Source: Epiperipatus broadwayi
Lineage: Eukaryota > Animalia > Onychophora
Assembly: GCA_028023455.1 (NCBI GenBank)
Contig: JAQFVV010000008.1
Coordinates: 9,052,001 to 9,116,000 of the forward strand
Direction: 5' to 3'
DNA: 64,000 bases
Position 1 is the stretch's first letter; every line of letters begins with the position of its first letter. The notes below the pieces were generated by a model. That model made no database searches, had not been told where the DNA came from, and worked only from the letters and a program-made list of their open reading frames with translations. Positions 25,610 through 37,640 of the stretch are shown here, piece after piece. Position numbers and translations under genes: made by a program.

Positions 25610-25849
25610 GCAAGTATTATTTTTATTTTTATGAAAATGTATCTTTTTTAAAAAAATATTAATTGCTGATAATAATTTTATGCTATTTTTAATTGCATTA
25701 GAATCCTAATTAAAAATATATAACCATACTTTCTATACACAGTATGTACCATTGACAAGGAGACTCATTCTCCAAATTGCCTGCAAAGCCATCTCAGAAT
25801 TGTATATTATATAACATCAGTGTTTAGTTATTGATCACTAAAATTTTAA

Positions 25850-26110
25850 GAAGCTAATATATTCAGATCACAAGTTACAACATAAAATGTGACTGTGTGT
25901 TTTGAACTTTCTTGGATCATCTTCAATGCTTTCTCTGCCATCACAAAATCTTGCAAACCATTTGAATACTTTTGTTATTCATAGTTTCACTGCTATAGAC
26001 AATGTGAATCATTTCAATAGATAGTTTTGCCCAACTTAAAATAAAATTAAATGTTGTTTCATCATGGGTTAAGATATGAAACACATTTCATGTTACAACT
26101 TGTGATCCAG
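25850..26110 (-). mobile_element. Mariner-type transposase N-terminal HTH remnant
   Basis: Minus-strand KVFKWFARFCDGRESIEDDPRK (25910-25975) fits the mariner consensus VFEWxKRFKEGRESxEDDxR. Confidence 0.6.
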
Positions 26111-27783
26111 AATTGTTATCACATATGACGAATAGTTAAACTAAGTTGCTATATAATTTATACATTGATACAGAGATGGCACTGGTACACACTATGTATA
26201 AATTCTCTTAATGATGATCTCTTCAGAATGTTTCTATTATTATTTTAGATATAGCTCTAATGAAAGCCATTGTACCTAAGTGTTTCATTAATAGTGTTTA
26301 ATATATTAATAATTTAACTTTGTAAAATAAGCTTTACATTAATATCTCTATCTAAATATTATTTTATCATGATTAAAATATATATGTTATTAGCTTATTG
26401 TGTGTAACTGCTTCTCTGTAATGCTTTATCTAGTTTCACAACTATTATGGTTAGTCACTATCTACCACTAATCCCATTTTAATGTACTATATAAATATTT
26501 TTAAAGACATAGTAATATTTAATTTTTTATTGAAATTCATTTACATCAAGAAACTCAAACAATTCAACATAAATGAATTAATTGTTCGGCAATTTTGTTT
26601 TAAGTGTTGTTGTTTTTTTTCTTCTTTGTTTTCTCTAATTACTTAATGGTTAAGATTATTTTTTTTACATATGCTTATGGTTTTGTGATTGATGTGATCA
26701 TGAAAAGATTTCATAACTATCTCCATGTTAATCATTACAGATCATTATTATTTATGAAGAGTTAATAAAAAGTTTTTTTTTATCATAAATTTTTATGGAT
26801 AATGCATTCAGAGGTTGAACCAAAGTAATGAGAAAAATTTTTTTTTTTAAAAAAAAAACTGGAATTATAGCGGAACAAATCATAGCAGAGGTCCTTATAA
26901 TTCAGCATATTTCTCATGTAATACTGTCATTAGTTTCATAAACAAAACATTTAAAACTGGACTATTATTTCAACGTCTCTAGTTTTTGATATCCAGAAAC
27001 AGTGATATTGCAAGCATAAGGTAAATAGAAGCACACGATCAACAAATTAATTTGTGTCATTTTCCTTTTTTTTTCAACCTTTGAAGGCAATCAAATATTA
27101 ATTTGAGATTAATATTAGATCATTTCTCATGACTTGCATTTTGAATCATAGTAAAACTTGAAAATTAAATTTAAAGCAATTAGCGATTTTTAAACTAGTC
27201 TAGGATATTATTTTTTTTAGATTGCAACCTAGATAACCATTTAAATGGGCATTATGTTTTTAAGTAAAGAACAAATGTTTCACGTTAATCTGTATTGATA
27301 AGATAATCTATGAACTAATCATGAAAATATGATTATATAATGAGGAAAGTGTCATAAATAGACTGAACCTATGGTTTGTTGAAGAATCATTCCTGAATAA
27401 CTAACATCTTACCAAAAACTTCAAAAATGCCTTATAGTTCTTCTAGATATTATTCAAAAGATATATACATGTCTTGCATAAAATTCAAAGGGTAGCCATC
27501 CAACATGTTAATATAAAATATATTTCTGTTATTTTGTGTAATATCTGATTATATCAGTATTTATATGTAATTAAATTGTTAAGAGCCAAAACTTTATAAA
27601 TGTACATGTGGATCATGTCCATTTAGAAGTGTATTTTAAAATGTGTGTATGTATATATAAATAATTTTAAAAAGTACAAGTATTCTTTAGTTTTATAAAT
27701 ATGTTATACTTTTAATGGCATATTTAAATATTAGGCTATTAAAACTGTTTAATAGTTGCTGAAAGGTTTTTTTTTTTTAGTAG

Positions 27784-27927
27784 ATGTAAAAGAACGAAAG
27801 ATCATCCAACTACGCCTAATAAATATTTGATGTGGAGTCGGCGTTCTTGGGATACCCAAATTAAGTTATGGCGGAGAAATTTGCACAAGTATGATCCACC
27901 TGTAAAATCAGGAGAAAAACTGGAACC
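27784..27927 (+). CDS. SLBP: SLBP RNA-binding domain, second half ([47 protein letters not shown])
   Basis: TPNK, SRRSWD and LW..LH.YDPP are SLBP hallmarks. Tandem acceptor TAG|TAG (alternative start 27781), GTAAGT donor. Confidence 0.95.
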
Positions 27928-30900
27928 GTAAGTTGTACTGAAACATTGTTAAGAGAATTAGAAATTTATTTGAATACATAGATAATTTGTTGACATGTTT
28001 AAATAAATATTAATATATGTTGTTGTTTTTTTACTATAGTCAGCCATTATACTGAATTGTGAATAATTCATTTATTGTTTTGTTACTCACTAATCTATTT
28101 TTAAAAAATTATTAAAAAGAAAGTATTTATATAAATTGTATTTAGAATTATATTAAAAATAAAAGTGTTTAGTTTTCTCCAATGGAGATCTTAGGTTATG
28201 ATGATTATAAAAATACTATATTATCAGAACCTTATAAATTAACTGTATTTAATATTGTTTGAATTAGATTCCAGATTGTATTAAGTTTTCCATGTCAGTT
28301 TGTTGCAAAAATTATAAAATAATGCTAGTTAAAAGTAATATCAAAAAAACATATTAGTCTTAAGAATAATTTACCTGATCACTCCCTGTCTACCATTTAT
28401 ATTTTTTTATATTTAGGATTTTAATATTTTGGGCATTTTATTAAAATATATAGAGTTCTTAATGTTACTATAAGCATTTCACTTCTTATTGTGTGAAATC
28501 ATTTATTATCAAGCTGAAAGTACTTATTTGATAATTAAAAAAATTCTATGCATAAAACTATAATATTTGCTATTTTGATAGATGTAATAATTAAAACAAT
28601 CTCAAAAGTTTTTCTTTCCATAACTACTTTTTATCGTGATTAGGAAGATCTGATAAATATATCAATTCTCTAATCATCAGCTAACTTCCTGCCAAACAGT
28701 ATTGGTATGTGTGTCCTTTAATAAAAATGATGGCATCTTCAAATTGCACCATAAATAAACTGTGAATGGACTTTCAGATTTGCCTAACCAAAGCGTAGGC
28801 TTGGAACATTTAGTGAAGCATAGGAAAAAACTTTGTATAAGCCAGGAATTAAAAATCTGATAAAAAAGAAATAGATATGCCCAAAACTTTTTCATCTAAT
28901 TCTATATCTTATATAGAGTGCATTACTTGATAAATGATTTTTAAAAATATTATGAATAGGTTGAATGTAAAATTTCCATAAACTAATAAATAACCCCAAA
29001 ATACCAACAACATATAACATTCCTTTCTCCAAGAATTTTTGAAATCTCAGTCATATATTCATCAACATTTTTTTTCTTTATTAGCCTACTTATTTCTTTT
29101 CTATTATCAAGAATGCATTGTCTTGCCTTTGTATAATCTTACAGAGCATCTTATAAATTTTCGAAGCTGTATGGGCCAAACATTTTTTTCAATATTAGGA
29201 AACTGAAATGAAGAATTTTTTATTGAGATCCACTATTGAATATTAACTAATGTTTTGTATTCCTGAGCTTTTATTATTTTAGCTAAGGTGGAATTGTTTA
29301 CATGATGATGAAACTGATGTGCTAAGTTCCTTTCTAGTCACTCCTTGAAAAATTTATCCTATTTCCTATTTATCTGATAATTTGAATCCTTTTTAAGCTT
29401 TCTGTTAATTTTTTTCAACTAACCCATGGTTGTGACATTTCATCTTACCCGCAAATCAATATTGTTTGGGTTCAGCCCTATTGTGCAAATCCTTTTTCTC
29501 TGCATACTAAAATGATAGTTTCTTGTTCACATTTGCTATCTTTAGTAGTTTGACTTGCTAAATTGTACATCAACCTGTTATGGTAAGTATTTGTTCCATC
29601 TTGGTGGGAAAATTGTCGTGATTTATAATATGGCTCTCTATAAGAAGTATGCCAAGTGTTTGCAGTTTGGTAGTATGCCATAAAAAAAGTGATTTACTTA
29701 TCTTAAAAGTATTTGGTTCATGATATCATACTGATAGTCTTTAATTCAACAACAGCTATTTAGGAATTTCTTAAAAACTGCCTCCTGCAAATGATTGTTG
29801 TCTATAGTCAACTTGTATTACTCACTCTGTCACAAGATTTACTCAAAGTAATGCTCTAGATTATTTAAATGCTATATTGGAATTTCCGTGACTGATTTCT
29901 ATAATGATTCTTATCTTCAAAAATTAATTCTCTATAATCAGACATATGGTCAGAGTTACTTAGGTTCAAACTGCTTATTTTATTTAATCATCTTTTTTAA
30001 TTAACTTGGTATCTTATTTTAAGAATAAAGTTATTTGTTAGTCTTTTCTCTGTATATCTCCAGTCACTTTCTTCATTTTCCTATGGTCAACTTCTGGATT
30101 TTTGTTGTTTTTATTTGTTAAAGATTCAATTTATTCTCAATTAATTCTGATTTTCTGGTGGCGTTCTTGCAACATTTCTTATACTCCATCCACCAATATC
30201 ATTATCCTCATATATTTTTCAATTGGCTTCCTGACAATTTTCTGGTGATATTTTTGGTGGAAGGGGAGGGAGTGCCATTTTTATTTGCTATTTTTTAGAT
30301 CTGTAATGTGATTTTCCCCCCATTTCCTGCTCTTTATCATTTTATTTCTTAAGCAATTTCCTCAGATATTTTGAAAAAAAATTTTAGTCATTTGAGATTT
30401 CAATTAATCATAGCAAACTTCATTATTTTCCGAGGTTTACAATTTCATTTACTTATTGACTTTGATAGATTGTTATTATTTTTAATTCTAAAGTTTCTAT
30501 CCTATCCTCTTAGAGCAGAATTTTCTTCTTGAACTTTTATATTTTTGCCCATAAATCTTTTTAATTATGTTTTTAATATCATGATCATCTGTTTTAATTG
30601 TTTGATTATTTATTTTTACTTTTTATTATTATTATTTTGCTTTGTAATACATTTTTATTTAATTGTTCCATTTATTATTTTTATTCTTGCATTCCTCATT
30701 TTGTTTTCTCTCTTAAGGATATCTACTAATTTGCTTGCCCTTTTACTCTATTTTACCTATTTTATTAACTATTGGCTATTTTTCCTCTCTCATATTCTCC
30801 TTTATATGTATACATAACTATTTTGTATTTATTTATTCTATAGGCAATCGTCAATTCTATATATGTTTCAAGTCTTATGGTTGAACTACCATTTTGTGTA

Positions 30901-30996
30901 ATTGGAAACATAAACTTATTATATATCACATTGATATTTCATTAGGGTTAGCATAATCACAAAATGATGACAGTGATCAAATCTGGTACTATTTTA

Positions 30997-31391
30997 AGTC
31001 AATAAACATCATATGATCACCATTTCTTATGCTTGCTTATAACTGTTATTAAAACAGGCAAAACTCTCCAAACAGTTTTGCCACTCAGTGCAAGCCAGAA
31101 TAATCAGTGGATGTCAGAAGGCTTGTGCATAAAATCCCCATCTCGTGCCTACTCATCCAATATCCCCAGACTAGTTTCTAGCTTGTGGCTTTCGTCAGTG
31201 AGGAGCCTTGGATCTGAGATCACTGCACCTAGATCTTAGAATCTAATGCAACCCTCCAGCAGCCACCTTTTATCTCTACTTAACTACAAAACTATGAATC
31301 TTAAATTGAAAACTCAGTAATATTTTCAATCCAAGCTCATTGATTACTCTGGCTTGCACTGAGTGGCAATGCTGTATGGAGAGTTTTGCCC
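30997..31391. mobile_element. Family B hammerhead-repeat insertion, inverted arms
   Basis: Arm ~30997-31340 plus short inverted arm 31341-31391. Degenerate TSD ggtactatttta (30985-30996) / gataccatttta (31392-31403). Confidence 0.75.
31163..31204 (-). ncRNA. Minimal type I hammerhead ribozyme (family B)
   Basis: Reverse complement TCCTCA-CTGACGA-A-AGC(CACAA)GCT-A-GAAA-CTAG-TC^-TGGGGA, palindromic helix III ACTAGT. Confidence 0.75.
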
Positions 31392-32292
31392 GATACCATT
31401 TTATTTGCAAGTATACTGCAACCAAATTCCTTCTAATGGTAATGGTTACATTTTAGAATTTCATCATTCCTTTGTAGTCCAATTCTATATAGATCAGTTA
31501 AAAATAATAATCTGGTAGAGATAAGCTTTAATTATTTTTAAATAAGATGAATTCTATTTCAGGTTTCAGTATCTTCATTGTAAAAGAGTTGTTCATATAA
31601 TCTTATCTTTTAGCCCATTCATATTATATTAGAATTTTGCCATTTTTAAACTCAGCATTAACCTTTTAGCTGTATAGATTTGGTTGTATGTGGGAATAAG
31701 GAAAAACCTATTTAATTTGCCAAAATAGATCCTTCTCTTAGCAATCAATATACACTTCACGCCCAAGGTGCCATTTGAAAAGCATTTCTTTAATCCAACT
31801 AAAACTCTGACTTGGGAATATATAAAAACTAAATCAGTCTTTTAAATATTTCATTAACAGATATATTTTGATTAGATCCAATCCTAATGTAATATTTTGT
31901 TTGATAATGCTTTGCAATATCATTACCTTTAATCCACCCCCAAGGGATGTTTCCAGCTATTACATCTATGTGGGGAGGGGAGGCTTATACAAGTTTGTAG
32001 AAAACGATTTACTTGATTATTTTGCTTTTGTAGCAATCTTTGAGAATAAAATGTCAAAAAAATCAATTCAAAATATTTTAGCATCTTTGTCTATATTATC
32101 AGTGATATATAATCTCTTAAAGAGAAACATTGGGATTAATGGTGGAATATTTTGCACATCTGTTAGTTGCAAAGACCTCTCATTATACATAACATCTTCC
32201 TTTTTTTAATTCTTACTTGGAACTTCTTTTTTTATATTAGCATCCTGCCAAAACAGGTGGATTCACATATATCATTAATAAATGTTAATGTA

Positions 32293-32908
32293 CATGATCA
32301 CCATCTCTTATACTAGCACATAATTGTTATTAAACAAGGCAAAACTCTCCATACAGTAGTGCCAACCAGAGTAATCAATGGATGCCAGAAGGCTTGTGGC
32401 CTTCATCAGTGAGGAGCCTTGGATCTGAGAGTACTGCACCTAGATCTTAGGATCTAATGCAACCCTCCAACAGCCACCTTTTTGATCATGTGATGTTTAG
32501 TGGTTTAACACCAGTCCTGCCTAATGGGATAGTGGTGGCTATTGTTGTTAAAGAGCCAAAGACCCCAAAATGTATGGGTGCTGAACTGAGTTCAGATTCA
32601 TATAACTATATAAGCTATTGAACTTAGATTGAAAATATTTTTGTGTTTTCAATTTCATTCTCATAGTTTTGTAGTTAAGCAGAGATAAAAGGTGGCTGCT
32701 GGAAGGTTGCATTAGATCCTAAGATCTAGGTACAATGCTCTCAGATCCAAGGCTCCTCACTGATGAAGACCACAAGCCAGAAACTAGTCTGCGGATATTG
32801 GATGAGTAGGCACTAGATAAGGATTTTATGCACAAGCCTTCTAGTATCCACTGATTACTCTGGTTGGCACAGGGTGGCACTACTGTATGGAGGTAGTTTT
32901 GCCTTGTT
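32293..32908. mobile_element. Family B hammerhead-repeat insertion, inverted arms
   Basis: Arm 32293-32482 plus inverted arm 32483-32908. 14-bp TSD taaatgttaatgta at 32279-32292 and 32909-32922. Confidence 0.85.
32754..32795 (+). ncRNA. Minimal type I hammerhead (family B), sense to SLBP, mismatches in helix II and helix I
   Basis: TCCTCA-CTGATGA-A-GAC(CACAA)GCC-A-GAAA-CTAG-TC^-TGCGGA. Confidence 0.6.
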
Positions 32909-33586
32909 TAAATGTTAATGTAGATAACATTTTTATCTAACAAAAACAAGTATTGTCTCATGGTTTCGCTAACTTCTTAATTTGAAGATCCATTTTGCTA
33001 ACCCAAACCCTTCATACAAGCAAATAAAAGTCACAAGGAGACGTGAAAAATAGATTCATGAATAATATGAATTTCTGAATGGATGTGGATATATTTGAAC
33101 ATTTATTTTAGTAATGAAACATAATAGAATGCTATATATATTTTTATGAAAATAAAAATTCTCTTAAAACACACAAATAAACAAAAAATGATTTCGACAG
33201 TTTGATTTATTCGCAAATTTCTAATACTTAAATATTCATCATGTGGCTGAATTCAAGAAATAATATTGTAACGTACATTTTTCATTTCCTATAGTCATCA
33301 AAATATTTTTATTTACAAATTATAAGAGGCAATAAAAAATATGTAAATCTTGATAAAAGAGCAGATTAGATTATAGAGCTGCATCTGGCTCAAGAACCGC
33401 AATTTTGCTGATTCCTGGTCTATGCAATCTAATATTTTTTTATAAAGTAGAAAATAAATAGAAAATCTGAAAATATCTACAGATAAATTTGAAATCTTAA
33501 ATATATACAATAATAATGACATAAAAATTATGTAATATCTAAACCTTAAGAGAGAGAGCAATATTATCTCTACAATATGAATGTAT

Positions 33587-33997
33587 TAACTGAAACACAC
33601 AGGCTTATTATCTATCTTTGTCTATGTGTAATATATAGGGTATATGACCTTAGGTCAACATGGGTGTGACAAGAATCTCTGCTTCAGGATGGCTTTTGAG
33701 CATTCATCATCAGATTTTCAATTGGATGGATGGTTGAAGAGTTGGGAGTGTGGAGTAGATTGAAGCCTGTCCATTAAAGTATGAGGATTGGCTATCTTAA
33801 TATATATATATCTGAGCACTTATAGCATATATGTGTAGAGGTGGTAATCTGGACCAACTGATGATCACTGGTTTAGCATGAAATATGTATATTGGTGATT
33901 ATTTATCTTTTCAACATATATGTGTTTAAGTGTATCAGTGTTATGAGATAGTGTGGAGAGTGGTGGGACATGTGAAAGTCTGTGCTCATATACCCTA
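33587..33997. mobile_element. Family A hammerhead-repeat insertion, inverted arms
   Basis: Short arm 33587-~33646 plus inverted arm to 33997. TSD aatatgaatgtat at 33574-33586 and 33998-34010. Degenerate hammerhead at 33853-33896 (+). Confidence 0.85.
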
Positions 33998-34936
33998 AAT
34001 ATGAATGTATATAAAATAAATATATATATATTTGTGAAATTTATAAAATATCTAAAGCATAACATTTTGATATCTTTCACATATGGAAAGGAAGTGTAAA
34101 CAGGAGAGCCTAGAGTCTTGAAATTATTCAACATACTAATTAAAATCTAAAATATATATATAAGAAAATATATTCATAAACTTGAAAATCTTTCAATAAA
34201 TAAATTTCTTTGTTCTTAAAAAATAAACAGTAATTTAATTGATTAAAAAATAATTTTCTTTCACTTTTCTAAGAGTGTAAAAAAAGAATGTTAACAAAGA
34301 ATTTATATTATATCTCAACTACAATTCTGCATAAGTTTATTTAATAAAATCTGTAAATTAAATTTTTTTATGAAAATTTAAAATGCGATTGTGAGTTGCA
34401 CTCTCAAAATTTTTTATGATTTTATTGCCTTTATTAAAAAATATGAGAACTACAATTAGAATTTTTTTTTTTTTGTTATTGTGCAAAAAATGAACACTTA
34501 GTTTAAAAAAAATTGAGATTTTCTCTGTTTTCAAAATGTGAATTGAGAAATGAATAGCATAGCAACATAATGTTTTTTATTTATTTATTTAATTTAATAA
34601 AATTTAAATATAATTAATCAATTGACTAAACAATTTATATATTGAAAAACTGGAAACTAGTTTAATTTTTATGAGAGATTAATGATATAAATATATATCC
34701 ACTCCTTGATTATAAAAATATTGATTGGTAAAATTAATTTTAAACAAGTTTTAAAATTTATGCTTTTATTAATGATAATATTTAATCACTTTTGAGAAAT
34801 TGTATAATAGCTGTTAGAAAATATAAACATTTCTAAAATATTTATTATGTGTGTTTTATGTGTAAGTGGTAAAATAGCTTACTGTTATACTTTGTACATT
34901 GTGATAATTTTTGATTGTAAATCTATATAATTTCAG

Positions 34937-35240
34937 GATTGATTTTAATTTAGACATTTCTTTTGGTGAATCTAATGATATTCTATGCCAAGAACTTCAG
35001 AATACTAGTTTAACTGAAAATCAACCTACCAGTCCTGTTTCTGGAAGAACATCTTCAAATTATTTGAATGAATTTCCAAGCTTAAGTGAATCTTTGTTTA
35101 ATTCACCTGATTCAATGCATACAAAAAATCAAGATGAAAGGGCCAGCAGTGGGATAGGATCTCAGGTTTCTGATGAAATTATAGATATTGATGGATATGA
35201 TTTAGATATATCTTTATTAGATGATATTGAAGACTGTTAG
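34937..35240 (+). CDS. SLBP: SLBP terminal coding exon, acidic C-terminus (IDFNLDISFGE...DLDISLLDDIEDC*)
   Basis: TTTCAG acceptor, phase 2 compatible with the previous exon, 100-codon open frame ending TAG. An acidic tail is typical of SLBP. Confidence 0.8.
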
Positions 35241-35577
35241 CATTTTTAATTAGATTCAGTGGTCATTCATTTAATTACCAATTATGTCATAGCATTGTGT
35301 TTTAGAATTGTATAAAAATACTGTTTTGTATTTTTTATATTGTAAAGATTTCTTACATAAAATGTTAGAGGGCGCCACTTTCCGACTTTTTTTAAAAAAA
35401 AAACCTCCCTCTTAGAACTTGAAAAATATTCTCATTTTTAATATATTTGACTAATGTAAAGTTGTATGCTAAAATAAATATGATGATAAATCAATGGTTA
35501 ATATTATTTAATTTTTTTTTTTAAAAAAAAAGCTTGTTTTTGTAAATTGTGTAAACTCAACCTTTGTACATTGTAAA

Positions 35578-35606
35578 AATAAATATATTGTTTTTTTTTA
35601 AATAAA
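35578..35606 (+). terminator. Candidate SLBP polyadenylation signals
   Basis: AATAAA at 35578 and 35601, followed by a GT/T-rich tract. Confidence 0.5.
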
Positions 35607-36519
35607 AAGCTGTTGTGTTATTTTTTTTATATTATTAATCAGTTTATCTATCTTATGAAATTTTAATCCAAATATTTATTTTTTTCCCCATTTCTTATCA
35701 TTTTCTATTGTTTGCAGAAGTAGGATTGCTATTTATATGGCAAACAATCTTTTTAATCGTTTGTTATTCTATTTTATTGAAAAGTAGTGAATATGAATTA
35801 ATAATGTAAATTTCTAATTAAATTTAAAACTTTTTTTTTTTTTGTTGCCAAAATATATTAACAAAGTACTTGAAAATATGCAATTTTACCAGAACAGAAG
35901 CCTAAAGTGGTGCATTTACAATTACTCTATACTATAGCCATTAGGTAAGAAATGCAAATAGTAATAAAAGAAAAGAATTATTGATTGTATATTTATTAGC
36001 ATAGTAAAAATGTTTTTTCTCCATCAATTCAGAACATACATGTGAGTGTAATTTTTTTGCTGAAATGGTAAATTTTTTAGCAAACTGGTTTCTGAGAATC
36101 ACTTTAATTTATTAAAAAAAAAGAGAGAGAAACAGAATTCAAATCCAGAATTTTTTTTTTTTTTTTCTTAAGCTATGTGGAAAATTTGTGCACAAGCAAG
36201 ATTTTTCTATAGCTATTCTTAGTTTAAGCTGCAACAGCTACAATTGTATGTCATATCATTTCTAAGAAAAATATTATTTTACAATATAATTAAAGTCCAA
36301 TTTGGCATTTAAAATAAGTAAAAATAATAATAATTTTAAAACTATTTATTTTAGACTGGAACACTATTGGCTTGTTACATGTTCTGCATATATTAAAAAG
36401 TTTTTCTTTTCCACTGGGGAGGACCCTGGATACAAGTTTTACTTACCTCAAGTCTTGTCATCCACATACTTGTTACTGACATTGTTAGTATTTTCAGCTT
36501 TTAACTAATGTTTCTAAAT

Positions 36520-37640
36520 TATAAACATGAAGTTTATTTCAGATGTTGCATGTTAGGAACCTTTCTTCTAAGTGCGAATTTGTAAGTAATTTTGATAAAA
36601 AATGAATGCATTGCCAGTTAAAATATTGCCATTGACAAATGTCTTGTTTTTCTGCAGGATGAATAATAAGCATATTTCCAATCAAGTGAATCCACTCCTT
36701 TTGTTGAATTATAATTAGCAATCAGATCATATTTGCTAGTGCTATGATCAATGTTAGAGTAGCAAGTGGAAAAAATTAGTAGTTCAGCTTTATACTTTTT
36801 TGGAACTTATGTCAACAATGGTTTTTTTACTTTTCTTCAATGTACCTGAATAATTTAGTCCCTTTTGTAACTCTCTGGCCACTTGTAATAATTTCTATTG
36901 GATCTTTCTATTGGCTTGCCAATCTAATAACAAATTATGATGGTATGCTAAAACATTTTCCTTCTGCAGACGTTTTATAATCTGAACTTTTTTCTGAATG
37001 TGTGTAAGCATTTAGAAGTTAATTATATAAAACACCAGTGAAGCAAAGGGTATTTATACTGTTTTTTCCAGGTTTTTTTTTTTAAATGTCACAGGCATTT
37101 CTTCAATGCAAGTACATATTCCAATAATATAAATTTTTTAACAAATTTCAATAAACATTTTGAATAAATTGCTAATAGTAGTCTAGGATCAGTTTTTATT
37201 TGTACTTTTCAATTATCAGGATTATCAAAACAAAGATATCAAAGTAAAAATTCAAGTCTACTAGGCATAGTTTCCTGAAAAAATTTTATATAGATTAGTA
37301 ATTTTGAAAATGCTTTCATAAAGATGAATATGATTTTTGCTCTATTTTTTTTTTTATTCATCCACATCATAATTTCTGTCAGAATGTTATTGGTAAACAA
37401 TAAATTTCCATACTTTTTCAGAATTTTAGCCTTTGCATTATTTATCAATTCTGGTGAAACTTTGTTATCCTTTTATTGATTGTCAAGGCTCATTGGACCA
37501 TTTGAAATAATTATTGCAGCCAAACACATAGTCGCTTGAATTATTTATTGTTAAATCTGTGGCATTAGTGTTCTGTTCATTGTCAGATTCTGATGTATTG
37601 GTGTTCTCAAACACCATTTTTCAAAACCTGGATCAATTAA
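36520..37640 (-). mobile_element. Degenerate piggyBac-like transposase
   Basis: Minus-strand YNSTKGVDSLD..YSSCRKTRHLSMAIF (36610-36720) fits piggyBac YNxTKGGVDxLD..RKTxRWPxAxF. Ends approximate. Confidence 0.65.

Noticed and set aside
29000-32260. Long A-rich minus-strand stretches with faint gag-knuckle and AP-endonuclease-like motifs (similar signals at 46.7-47.2 and 55.9-57.1 kb; hAT-like hints at 61.5-62.7 kb)
   Set aside because: Probably decayed TEs, but motifs are too eroded to assign by eye. The hydrophobic plus-strand ORFs here (30545, 55846) are antisense by-products.
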